Both the position numbers and the translations under genes were made by a program. Below the pieces are notes generated by a model that saw only the letters and a list, made by a program, of their open reading frames with translations, was not told the DNA's origin and ran no database searches. Shown here in pieces: positions 9,568 through 17,530 of a DNA stretch of 33,069 nucleotides; position 1 is the stretch's first letter; every line of letters begins with the position of its first letter. Origin of the DNA: Acidobacteriota bacterium (GTDB taxonomy: Bacteria; Acidobacteriota; UBA6911; RPQK01; JAPXNP01); the NCBI GenBank assembly GCA_030614585.1, contig JAUWTT010000001.1:1-33069 (forward strand), in the 5' to 3' direction.

Positions 9568-9600
9568 TTGACGGCGGTATAACCAGAGTTATACTATATT
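9568..9600 (+). promoter_or_regulatory. Sigma70-type promoter with embedded palindromic operator for the TA operon
   Basis: TTGACG (9568-9573), 16-nt spacer, TATACT (9590-9595). A perfect inverted repeat GTATAAC-caga-GTTATAC (9577-9594) spans the spacer and -10. The antitoxin ATG is at 9604, 8 nt after the -10, so the mRNA is leaderless or nearly so. Confidence 0.5.
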
Positions 9601-9603
9601 TCT

Positions 9604-9840
9604 ATGAAAACAGCCATCTCTATTCCGGACGAGATATTCATATCAGCGGACCATCTGGCGAAACGGCTGAACATGTCTCGAAGCGAACTCTATACACATG
9701 CCATACGACAGTTTGTGGCCGAGCGGCGTCATACCGGGGTCAGAGAGATACTGGACCAAGTTTATGCGTCTGAAAACGCATCCGTTGACCCGGCAATACT
9801 GAATGCACAAGAGATATCCATTCCGGCGGAGGAATGGTAG
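9604..9840 (+). CDS. Ribbon-helix-helix (CopG/MetJ-type) antitoxin
   Basis: 78 aa. The N-terminus KTAISIPDEIFISADHLAKRLNMSRSELYTHAIRQFV fits a beta-strand plus two helices. Overlaps the downstream toxin gene by 7 nt. Confidence 0.8.
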   Translation: MKTAISIPDEIFISADHLAKRLNMSRSELYTHAIRQFVAERRHTGVREILDQVYASENASVDPAILNAQEISIPAEEW

Positions 9841-10178
9841 TGGAACGTGGGGATATCTGGTGGGCCGCGCTCCGAGCGCCGGCCGGTTCTGAACCAGGCT
9901 ATCGACGCCCCGTACTCATCATTCAGAGCGACGATTTCAACCAGAGCCGGATCAACACGGTTGTCGTTGCTGTGCTGACCTCCAATCTCCACCTTAGAGC
10001 TGCCCCCGGAAACATGTTCCTGGCGAAACGGAGCACCAAGCTTGCAAAGGATTCGGTTGCCAATGTGCCCCAAGTTGTAACCTTGGATAAATCATTCCTG
10101 ACGAAACAGATAAGCAGGCTTTCTGCAGAAAAGATGAAGCACGTGGACGATGGTCTCCGTCTTGTGCTCAAGCTATAG
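9834..10178 (+). CDS. mazF: Type II toxin, MazF/PemK family endoribonuclease
   Basis: 114 aa. RGDIWWAALRAPAGSEPGYRRPVLIIQSDDFN ... TVVVAVLTSN matches the PemK/MazF fold signature. Confidence 0.9.
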   Translation: MVVERGDIWWAALRAPAGSEPGYRRPVLIIQSDDFNQSRINTVVVAVLTSNLHLRAAPGNMFLAKRSTKLAKDSVANVPQVVTLDKSFLTKQISRLSAEKMKHVDDGLRLVLKL

Positions 10179-10288
10179 GAAATCAAGCGTTCAGTGACGA
10201 ACTGGAAGGCCATCCTCCTTGACCCCGGCGTAGCTCGAAGAGCGAAGCCGGACTTCTCCCGACGGTATTCGCAATAAGCCCCCTGGTA

Positions 10289-10315
10289 CCTTGGTGTCTT
10301 GATGGTAAATCCCCC
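10289..10315. repeat. Fragment resembling the right arm of the palindromic-core repeat
   Basis: ccttggtgtcttgatggtaaatccccc resembles cttgtgtcttagtgatttagtggtttgatcccc (30304-30336). One arm only. Confidence 0.25.
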
Positions 10316-10363
10316 AGCTGAGGGACCTCAAGGAGGCGATTCATCAGCATCCAGAGATGCGGA

Positions 10364-11566
10364 TCACGTTTTTGAAACGTAGCTGGAAGTGCTTTCTCGG
10401 TTCTTCTCGGCTCGCTCGAGTTCGGCGGCCTCGAGGTAACCGCTCTCCCGAAAGGTTGTCAAAGGATCACCCGGCAAGCCATGATTCTGTCGCCATTCAC
10501 GAATCAGGGGACGGACATCGGTTGCGTAAGCGTCCCGCAGGCATTCCTCCGCCTCAATAATGTCACATTTCTCCTGCGCTCGAGCCAGGCGCTCATGATC
10601 GACGATCACGGCCTTGGCAACGGTTTCCTGGACGGTACTAACCGTTTGCAGCATCGCTTCAATCTTGTTCTTTAAATTGTGACTCTGGTCGACCATATAG
10701 CTTATTCGGGGCGTTGACGCAGTTTCCCACCGACAAAAGTAGATCTCATGGAAGATCCGAAAAAGCTGGTATGGATCAATGGAACCTACGGTCAAGTCAT
10801 CGTCCGCATAGCGACGATCATTGAAGTGAAAGCCACCCAGCATCTCCTCACTGAGGAGCCAGGCCACTATCTGTTCAATGTTCTGGGAGGGGTAATGGTG
10901 TCCAGTGTCCACCAGCACTCTTGCTTGAGGGCCGGCCTTTCTTGCGAGTGTAAGAGCCATGCCCCAGTCAGCGATGTCCGTATGGTAGAAGGCAGGCTCG
11001 AACGGCTTGTATTCGACCAGCATACGTTCATCGGAGTTCAATCGCGAACAGACTTGCTGGAGGCTCGATTCGAACCACTCCTTGCGGCGACGGATGTTCG
11101 CCGTACCCGGATAGTTTGAACCATCTGCGAACCATAAGACTAATTCCCGGCTTCCAACCCGTCTGGCCAGATCCACACTCTCATACATATGGTCAAGAGC
11201 AGCAGCCCTTACGTCTGGATCCGGATTACCGATCGACCCGTACTTATACATTTGGTCTTCGAACAGCGTGGGATTAACGGAGCCGATCCGCACTCCGTTT
11301 TTCTCTGCTATTGAGGCAATGAACTCTGCACCTCTAAGCCCGTCAGGAAAATCCCAGGCAGCGTGTACAGCGACCGAAGGGCAACAACCCATCAAGCGGT
11401 GTACTTCTCCCGCATCCATCAGTTTCTCTTCGATGGTGGTAGCAGCGGTGAGCTGAATGAACTTTCCGAATCGAGTTCCTGTGTTGGCAAAACCCCAGGA
11501 GGGAAGTTCAATTGTCAGTTCATCAAGCGCTTTTGAGACTTTTTCGCCGAATAGATCTGAGGGCAT
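10364..11566 (-). CDS. L-rhamnose isomerase-like sugar isomerase (xylose-isomerase-like TIM barrel)
   Basis: ELPSWGFANTGTRFGKF, VLVDTGHH and GGFHFNDRRYADDDLTVGS resemble the non-enteric RhaI family. ATG 11566 (MPSDLFG) preferred over 11605. Confidence 0.7.
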   Translation of the reverse strand: MPSDLFGEKVSKALDELTIELPSWGFANTGTRFGKFIQLTAATTIEEKLMDAGEVHRLMGCCPSVAVHAAWDFPDGLRGAEFIASIAEKNGVRIGSVNPTLFEDQMYKYGSIGNPDPDVRAAALDHMYESVDLARRVGSRELVLWFADGSNYPGTANIRRRKEWFESSLQQVCSRLNSDERMLVEYKPFEPAFYHTDIADWGMALTLARKAGPQARVLVDTGHHYPSQNIEQIVAWLLSEEMLGGFHFNDRRYADDDLTVGSIDPYQLFRIFHEIYFCRWETASTPRISYMVDQSHNLKNKIEAMLQTVSTVQETVAKAVIVDHERLARAQEKCDIIEAEECLRDAYATDVRPLIREWRQNHGLPGDPLTTFRESGYLEAAELERAEKNRESTSSYVSKT

Positions 11567-11660
11567 CTGGTGAATTCTCCTAAAGATTTGAGAATAGGTT
11601 TTCAAGCCCGCGGTCGATCGTATGTTATCGACTGATCCTGGTCAATCAGGAGCCACATGG

Positions 11661-11790
11661 GAAGTGCGAAGTTCGAAATTTCAGTATCCGCTTCGGGATC
11701 AACCACGAAATCACAAAATCACTAGGGCTTCCTTGTGCCTTCGTGTTTTGGTGGTTCTATCCCAAGCCACAAGCCGCAGGTCTCGAGGCA
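11661..11790. repeat. Mosaic intergenic repeat, copy C (heptamer arrays + 65-nt imperfect-palindrome core)
   Basis: Core 11697-11761 gatcaaccacgaaatcacaaaatcactagggcttccttgtgccttcgtgttttggtggttctatc aligns to the core at 30266-30333 at about 75% identity by hand. Left flank has heptamers GAAGTGC GAAGTTC GAAATTT; right flank has CCAAGCC ACAAGCC GCAGGTC. Confidence 0.7.
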
Positions 11791-11814
11791 TGTCTGACTT
11801 GCCCCTTTCGGCGT

Positions 11815-12510
11815 CTACGTTTTACAGAATCTCTCGATAAAGCGCTTTGCTTTATTGTACTCAGCGAAGCCCTTCTCAGCTTGACGAAAAGCGGCGTGGT
11901 GAATGCTCCTCCGCCCATTACGGTATTCCTCCCCAAAATGAGCGTGCAGCATTTCATGAAAAAGGACATAATTGACCACGTACTTGGGAACAAACCGGCT
12001 GTCGAGCCTCCGGTTGACAATGATAGCGCTGTGGGCACCGTCATAGTGGCCTAAGGTTCGACGGTTCTTTCGACGACTCCACGACAGGTACTGAACGTCG
12101 AGCTGTGCCGAGAAGTAGGATGCGTTCACCTCATCGTAGAGCTGCCGCAGATCAAACACCTTGCCAACCGGGGAACCAAGGTGCTTTCGCCCACGCGTCA
12201 TTCGCACACTCCTGACCTTTGCCCTTATTCCTGGATGAGCCACGTAGGATTGATAGATCTCCCGGGCTGGAGGGGGCACGGGCTGTTTCAGTAGCTTGGA
12301 ACCAAGCACCGTGAGTGCGGCCTCAAGTACTTCTGGGGGAGCTTCCTCAAGAATATCGCTCAGTCTGACCTCGAAATGGCCGTCTCGGAACCGGATCGTG
12401 TTGGTAAGGCGGGCGTATGGATAGAAGCTCACTCGAGCTGAATGGAACTCGGGCCCTCCCAGTTGTTTGATGATTGAGGTGAAACTCCTATTTAGTTCCG
12501 AAGGGATCAA
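11815..12510 (-). CDS. SprT-like / DUF45-like zinc metallopeptidase (HExxH)
   Basis: 231 aa with [11 protein letters not shown] ... IHHAAFRQ near the C-terminus. TTG start overlaps the TGA of the upstream mutase small subunit (TTGA). No in-frame ATG occurs until far downstream. Confidence 0.55.
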   Translation of the reverse strand: MIPSELNRSFTSIIKQLGGPEFHSARVSFYPYARLTNTIRFRDGHFEVRLSDILEEAPPEVLEAALTVLGSKLLKQPVPPPAREIYQSYVAHPGIRAKVRSVRMTRGRKHLGSPVGKVFDLRQLYDEVNASYFSAQLDVQYLSWSRRKNRRTLGHYDGAHSAIIVNRRLDSRFVPKYVVNYVLFHEMLHAHFGEEYRNGRRSIHHAAFRQAEKGFAEYNKAKRFIERFCKT

Positions 12511-12908
12511 GATTGTCCCCCGAGGGCTTCCCGGAGGAACTGAACAATCTCATCTGTGGTTGAACCCGGTTGGAAGACAGCGGCCACACCAAGCTTCTTC
12601 AACTTGGAAATGTCCTCGTCGGGAATGATTCCACCCCCGAAAACCAGGATATCGGCGATGTCCTGTTCTCGGAAGAGTTCCATCACCTTGGAGAACAGGT
12701 GCAGGTGCGCCCCCGAAAGAATCGAAAGGCCCACGGCGTCAACGTCTTCCTGGACCGCGGCACTGACTATCTGTTCAGGCGTCTGTCGCAACCCGGTGTA
12801 GATGACTTCCATTCCCGCATCCCGGAGAGCACGAGCAACGATCTTGGCCCCGCGGTCGTGTCCGTCTAATCCGGGCTTAGCGACTAGAATTCGGAACTTC
12901 TTTTGCAT
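12507..12908 (-). CDS. B12-binding small subunit of a split acyl-CoA mutase
   Basis: 133 aa. [36 protein letters not shown] contains the DxHxxG cobalamin-binding motif. Confidence 0.9.
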   Translation of the reverse strand: MQKKFRILVAKPGLDGHDRGAKIVARALRDAGMEVIYTGLRQTPEQIVSAAVQEDVDAVGLSILSGAHLHLFSKVMELFREQDIADILVFGGGIIPDEDISKLKKLGVAAVFQPGSTTDEIVQFLREALGGQS

Positions 12909-12951
12909 TGCTCAGCTCTCTATTCGGTGTTGATCCGAACCTTTCATACAG

Positions 12952-14553
12952 TTACCAGGCGGTTTCCTGGTAGGTGCCGTAAACCTCCCTGAGAGTGTCA
13001 CACATTTCACCCAGTGTTGCATATTCTCGGGTCGCTGAGATGAGAAAGGGCATTACATTTTGCCTGTCTCGGGCAGCCTTCTGCAGTGCAGAAAGGGCAC
13101 TCTTGACTCCTTTTCCACTGCGCCGGGTTCGAAGATCCCTCAATCTCTGCACCTGTTCTGCTTGGACCTCCTCGCCAATCCGAAGCGTCTCAATTGGGGA
13201 CTCAGTTTCAACCACGAAATCATTGACTCCAACAATAGTCTGTTCACCGGCCTCGATTGCCTTCTGATATTGGTAAGAGGCCTCATGAATCTCCCTCTGT
13301 GGGAATCCCTCGTGAATCGCCCGGATCATTCCTCCCATCGCGTCGATATCCTCGATATATTGTTGCGCATCCTTCTCAAGCTCGTTCGTCAACGTCTCGA
13401 CAAAATACGATCCACCAAAAGGGTCAGCGGTGTTCGTAACTCCGCTTTCGTGAGCAATTATCTGCTGTGTGCGCAAAGCCAGTTGAGCCGCTTCTTCGGT
13501 AGGAAGTGCCAGCGCTTCGTCCAGTGAGTTCGTATGAAGTGAATTCGTGCCCCCCAGGACTCCTGCCAGGGCTTGAATCGTTGTCCTTACGACATTGGTG
13601 AACGGCTGCTGGGAAGTCAGGCTGCAGCCCGCAGTCTGAGTGTGGAAACGACACTTCCAGGATCGTTCATCCTTCGCCTCGAATCTGTCCCGCATCAGAT
13701 GTGCCCAGATTCGACGGGCAGCTCTGAATTTCGCAATCTCCTCAAAGAAGTCGTTGTGGGAATTGAAAAAGAATGAAAGGCGGGGAGCAAAAGCGTCTAC
13801 GTTAAGCCCACGGTCAAGGCACCACTCGACGTATTCGATTCCATCGCGCAGAGTAAAGGCCAGTTCCTGAGCGGCTGTCGAACCTGCTTCACGAATATGG
13901 TATCCACTGATCGAAACGGGGTTGTAGCGCGGAAGATGGTGGGTGCAGAACTCGATAACATCGGTCACCAGGCTCATTGACGGTTCTGGAGGATAGATCC
14001 ATTCCTTCTGCGCAATATACTCTTTGAGAATATCGTTTTGCAGCGTTCCGCTGAGCCGTGAGACCTGACATCCCTGTTTTTCTGCCAGCACCAGGTACAT
14101 GGCCATTAGCATCGCAGCCGGAGCATTGATGGTCATCGATACCGAAACCTGATCAAGAGGGATACCCTGGAAAAGAGTTTCCATATCCTCCAGAGAATCC
14201 ACGGCTACTCCGCATTTGCCTACTTCCCCGGCGGCTGACTCATGGTCTGAATCGAGTCCCATCAGCGTAGGTAAATCAAAGGCCACGGAGAGTCCGGTTT
14301 GTCCTTGTTCCAAGAGGAACTTTTGGCGTCGATTGGTTTCAAGAGCAGTTCCGTAACCGGAAAACTGGCGCATAGTCCACAGCTTGCCGCGATACATATC
14401 TGCGTGTACACCGCGGGTGTAAGGGAACTGTCCCGGCAGACCGATCCGGTCTTCGTGTTGGCTTTCAGAAAGGTCGTCGGGAGTGTAACAGGCTGAGATT
14501 CTCCTCCCAGAAACTGTTAGGAACTCTTTCCGCTCTCCTGATTTCTTTCGCAT
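12952..14553 (-). CDS. Acyl-CoA mutase large (catalytic TIM-barrel) subunit, MCM/ICM family
   Basis: 533 aa. [47 protein letters not shown] and [23 protein letters not shown]. The F/Q signature positions resemble isobutyryl-CoA mutase rather than methylmalonyl-CoA mutase (see findings). Confidence 0.9.
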   Translation of the reverse strand: MRKKSGERKEFLTVSGRRISACYTPDDLSESQHEDRIGLPGQFPYTRGVHADMYRGKLWTMRQFSGYGTALETNRRQKFLLEQGQTGLSVAFDLPTLMGLDSDHESAAGEVGKCGVAVDSLEDMETLFQGIPLDQVSVSMTINAPAAMLMAMYLVLAEKQGCQVSRLSGTLQNDILKEYIAQKEWIYPPEPSMSLVTDVIEFCTHHLPRYNPVSISGYHIREAGSTAAQELAFTLRDGIEYVEWCLDRGLNVDAFAPRLSFFFNSHNDFFEEIAKFRAARRIWAHLMRDRFEAKDERSWKCRFHTQTAGCSLTSQQPFTNVVRTTIQALAGVLGGTNSLHTNSLDEALALPTEEAAQLALRTQQIIAHESGVTNTADPFGGSYFVETLTNELEKDAQQYIEDIDAMGGMIRAIHEGFPQREIHEASYQYQKAIEAGEQTIVGVNDFVVETESPIETLRIGEEVQAEQVQRLRDLRTRRSGKGVKSALSALQKAARDRQNVMPFLISATREYATLGEMCDTLREVYGTYQETAW

Positions 14554-14653
14554 ATTCAGCCTTGAGAATGTGCGGCACCACCGCCGTCTGATTTCCTATT
14601 GCCGACAGGGAATCAGGCGCTGCCTCTCATGCTACTCCCCTCACGATGTCAAC

Positions 14654-15094
14654 TCAGTCAGGCGAAGGTCGCGCTTTTCTCTCCAGCTCGAGAGATTCCT
14701 CAAAGTATCGCAGCGCCTCCTCAGAATCGCCTTCTTTCTTGAACAGAAAGGCTTTTTCTCTGAAAATCCCCGCCTTGACCTTGTCAGTCCGAACGCACTT
14801 GATGGCGATGTCCAAAACCTGATGTGCGATCGCAATCTCTTGATGGTGGAGGAGAGCGTCCGTCAGAAGTTGGGCTTCTTGGACCAAAAGATTCTGGTGG
14901 TCCTCAGGAAACTCCATCTCAAAGATCTTCTCTGCGGCATCAGGGATCTGATTAAACTGCTTGTTCTCGATCAGGAGCATAATGATTTCATGCTGTGTCA
15001 ACGCTTCGGAGCGCGTGCGTTCCCAGCCATCCTCCTGGGCTACAAGCGGAGTTGCGAATAGCATCATTAGAGTCAAGACGTTCGATACAATCAT
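14654..15094 (-). CDS. Secreted helical (TPR-like) protein co-transcribed with the ECF sigma / anti-sigma pair
   Basis: 146 aa. Signal peptide MIVSNVLTLMMLFATPLVAQ, and the C-terminal stretch AGIFREKAFLFKKEGDSEEALRYFEESLELE is TPR-like. ATGA overlap with the anti-sigma stop. Confidence 0.55.
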   Translation of the reverse strand: MIVSNVLTLMMLFATPLVAQEDGWERTRSEALTQHEIIMLLIENKQFNQIPDAAEKIFEMEFPEDHQNLLVQEAQLLTDALLHHQEIAIAHQVLDIAIKCVRTDKVKAGIFREKAFLFKKEGDSEEALRYFEESLELERKARPSPD

Positions 15095-15618
15095 CTCCTG
15101 CTCCTGAACGGGTTTTGTCCTACGTACTGCACCTGTCGCACAAACGGATTTCGGCGAGGTTCGTAACGATTGAAGCTACCGCCCTGGAAAAGGATTCCCT
15201 CGTTGCGTCTAAACAGGATTTCTCTTTGCTGAACGAAAGCAGAGAATTCTTTGGTGTCGGAGTTATCTTCGGGAGGTCCCACTAGCAAGAAAAGTACCAC
15301 AACCGCTGTGCCCAGGGCGGCAGTTGCAGGTACCCACGGTCGGCTGAAGAGAAGACGATAGATGTAGAGCTTCCATCGGGATGTCAATGTTTCGGAGGAG
15401 AGGTTCGATCGTATCTCTGCCCACAGGTTGGGATTGACTTCTATTTCCGACATTCGGCTGGTGAGTTGATAAGAGAAGAGCAGGGACTCGTATTCGTGGC
15501 GGCACGAGGGACAGTCCCGCAAATGAGCCTCCAAAGCCAACGCTTCCTCAGGGGGAAGCTCGTTATCCATTAAAGCCGTCAAGCCATTAGCGCAAGCGCG
15601 GCATTCATTTGTGGCCAC
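15091..15618 (-). CDS. Anti-sigma factor, zf-HC2 (ZAS) type, single-pass membrane protein
   Basis: N-terminal CRAC ... HLRDCPSC (H-x3-C-x2-C), central TM helix PWVPATAALGTAVVVLFLLVG. Overlaps the sigma gene by 14 nt. Confidence 0.8.
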   Translation of the reverse strand: MATNECRACANGLTALMDNELPPEEALALEAHLRDCPSCRHEYESLLFSYQLTSRMSEIEVNPNLWAEIRSNLSSETLTSRWKLYIYRLLFSRPWVPATAALGTAVVVLFLLVGPPEDNSDTKEFSAFVQQREILFRRNEGILFQGGSFNRYEPRRNPFVRQVQYVGQNPFRSRR

Positions 15619-16246
15619 TCATGTACTCCTTCACCTTTTCGCGAACCACAATCCGAGCCCGATGGATATCGGACTTGACGGATGCCAGCGAGCGTTTGAC
15701 GATTTCGCTGATTTCCTGATAGCTGATTCTTTGAATGGCTGATAGCACGAACACGGTTCTGTACTTCTCCGGGAGCTGAGAAATCGCCCGAGCAATCACC
15801 CCCTCAAGTTCGACTGACAGGGCTGCGGCTTCCGGTTCCATCTGTGGTGTCGTGAGCTGCTGAAGTTCTGACCACTCGGTCAGATCATCCTGGTCGATCG
15901 ACTCAATCACAGGCTGACGTCCCCGGTACTTCTGGAAAACGTTGTTCTGAGCGATACGAAAAAGCCAACTCTGGAACTTCAGGGGCTCTCGCAAGGACGA
16001 CAGTTTCTTGTAGGCCTGGATGAATGTGTCTTGGGCCAGGTCCTCCGATTCCTCCCTCGATCCGGTCATTCGGAACAGATAGTTGGCGATCTTTCGACTG
16101 TAGATTTCGTACAGATTCTGAAACGCATCTACCTCCCCACGTTGTGCCTTGGAGACCAGTTCCGTGAGATGGTCTCCCGAGGGGGAACTACTTAACGACT
16201 TCCCTCCCTTCGTTTCTAGCTTCTTGTCCCTATTCTTTTCGCTCAA
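15605..16246 (-). CDS. RNA polymerase ECF sigma factor (sigma-70 family, regions 2 and 4)
   Basis: Region 2 AFQNLYEIYSRKIANYLFRMTGSREESEDLAQDTFIQAYKKL and region 4 LPEKYRTVFVLSAIQRISYQEISEIVKRSLASVKSDIHRAR. Apparent TTG start at 16246. Confidence 0.9.
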   Translation of the reverse strand: MSEKNRDKKLETKGGKSLSSSPSGDHLTELVSKAQRGEVDAFQNLYEIYSRKIANYLFRMTGSREESEDLAQDTFIQAYKKLSSLREPLKFQSWLFRIAQNNVFQKYRGRQPVIESIDQDDLTEWSELQQLTTPQMEPEAAALSVELEGVIARAISQLPEKYRTVFVLSAIQRISYQEISEIVKRSLASVKSDIHRARIVVREKVKEYMSGHK

Positions 16247-16447
16247 CTATTTGGATTAGACGTTTTGGCAAAAGTTGCAGATTATTAAGGACCGACTACT
16301 TCCACATGAATTTCCTCAGTCCACCAGCCCGGCAGGTGCCCGTGTGCCGTGGGCCGGCGGACGAAAGACCGGGCTCTTCAAAGGAGGCTTTAGCATACCA
16401 GAACCGCCGACCTGTCACTAAGCTCAATTCCAGGACCAGGAAGTTAG

Positions 16448-16476
16448 GGAACGCTTCAACCGTTGGAGGCGTGTAA
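16448..16476 (+). promoter_or_regulatory. Candidate ECF-type promoter upstream of the PDZ gene
   Basis: GGAAC (16448-16452), 17-nt spacer, CGTGTAA (16470-16476). This is followed by the SD AAAGGAG (16485-16491) and ATG 16500. Confidence 0.35.
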
Positions 16477-16499
16477 GGGGGTAGAAAGGAGATTCGCAG

Positions 16500-17324
16500 A
16501 TGATGAGGCGAGCACTAACTCTGAGCTTTTTGATTTGTAACTTCGGAGTCGTCACCCTACCGGTGGCCGGGCAGGACTTCCTGATGATGGCCGAGACCAG
16601 AGGCTTTCTTGGCGTATCGATTCGAGAGGTGACTGAAGACGACGTTAACCGGCTAGGTCTCCCTGCTGAGCGTGGTGTGTACATCGAAGGAGTCGAAGAA
16701 GGTACTCCTGCGGAAGAGGCGGGAATTCTGGCGGGGGATGTAGTTATTGAGTACCAGGGAAGTCCCGTTTTGAGTTTCAGGCAGTTCCGGCGCTTAGTGG
16801 CAGACACACCACCGGGGCGCACGGTCGACATCCTGGTCAATCGAAACGGCCAGGAATCACGTTTGAATGCAGAAATTGGCCACCCGAAAAAGATGCTGGG
16901 TCGAAAGGGCCGGCCACCCGGCCTCGAGGGTCGTGTGATCAGAATCCCGGACCTTGACTTCGATGTGGAGGTTCTTCCCAACCATCGTTACTTCTACAGC
17001 ACGGTCCACCAAAAAGGCCCGCGCCTGGGAATCAACGCCACGGCCTTGACGGGACAAATGGCAGAGTTCCTGGGAATCCCGGGACAAGAAGGTGTGTTGG
17101 TTCTCGAAGTCCTAAAGGAGACGCCGGCGGAAGAAGCCGGTCTCCAGGCAGGTGATGTGATCACATCGATTGACGGTAATGCAGTCAAAGAGGTCGGTGG
17201 ATTGAAGAAGCATCTTTGCGACTGTGAACAGAAGCTGGAACTGATCCGGAGAGGATCGAAGCAAGTGCTTACCGTTGATCTGACCCAAAAGAAGGAAAGT
17301 GAAGAAAAGCCCTCTCGAATGTAA
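16500..17324 (+). CDS. Secreted protein with two PDZ domains and no protease domain
   Basis: Signal peptide MMRRALTLSFLICNFGVVTLPVAGQ. Two PDZ-like units: GVYIEGVEEGTPAEEAGILAGDVVIEYQG and GVLVLEVLKETPAEEAGLQAGDVITSIDG. Confidence 0.8.
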   Translation: MMRRALTLSFLICNFGVVTLPVAGQDFLMMAETRGFLGVSIREVTEDDVNRLGLPAERGVYIEGVEEGTPAEEAGILAGDVVIEYQGSPVLSFRQFRRLVADTPPGRTVDILVNRNGQESRLNAEIGHPKKMLGRKGRPPGLEGRVIRIPDLDFDVEVLPNHRYFYSTVHQKGPRLGINATALTGQMAEFLGIPGQEGVLVLEVLKETPAEEAGLQAGDVITSIDGNAVKEVGGLKKHLCDCEQKLELIRRGSKQVLTVDLTQKKESEEKPSRM

Positions 17325-17346
17325 TGGGAGCTGGGGGCTTGTGGAA

Positions 17347-17530
17347 GTGCGAACGACGAACGACGAACTGGGAATCGGGTCTTGAGGGTTGGTATCTTTA
17401 TTCATGCTCGTGCTCGTAATCGAAAGCCCTTCCCAACCATATTCCCCATTCGTCTCTTTGCGACCTTTGCGTGCAAGGAATTTATCTCACGCCAAGACCG
17501 AAGCCCCAAGCCTATCCACCCTCAAGACCC
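17347..17530. repeat. Mosaic intergenic element D: shared heptamer units flanking a 154-nt segment closed by a 13-bp perfect inverted repeat
   Basis: Heptamers GTGCGAA CGACGAA CGACGAA CTGGGAA (17347-17374). IR gggtcttgagggt (17377-17389) pairs with accctcaagaccc (17518-17530). Right-side heptamers CAAGACC GAAGCCC CAAGCCT (17493-17513). Confidence 0.6.

Noticed and set aside
14570-15061. 163-aa plus-strand ORF
   Set aside because: Antisense to the 146-aa secreted protein gene, which is translationally coupled (ATGA) to the anti-sigma gene. The plus-strand ORF has no SD or motif.
16424-16981. 185-aa minus-strand ORF overlapping the PDZ gene
   Set aside because: Arg/Pro/Ser-rich antisense shadow of a well-supported PDZ coding region. 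No motif support.
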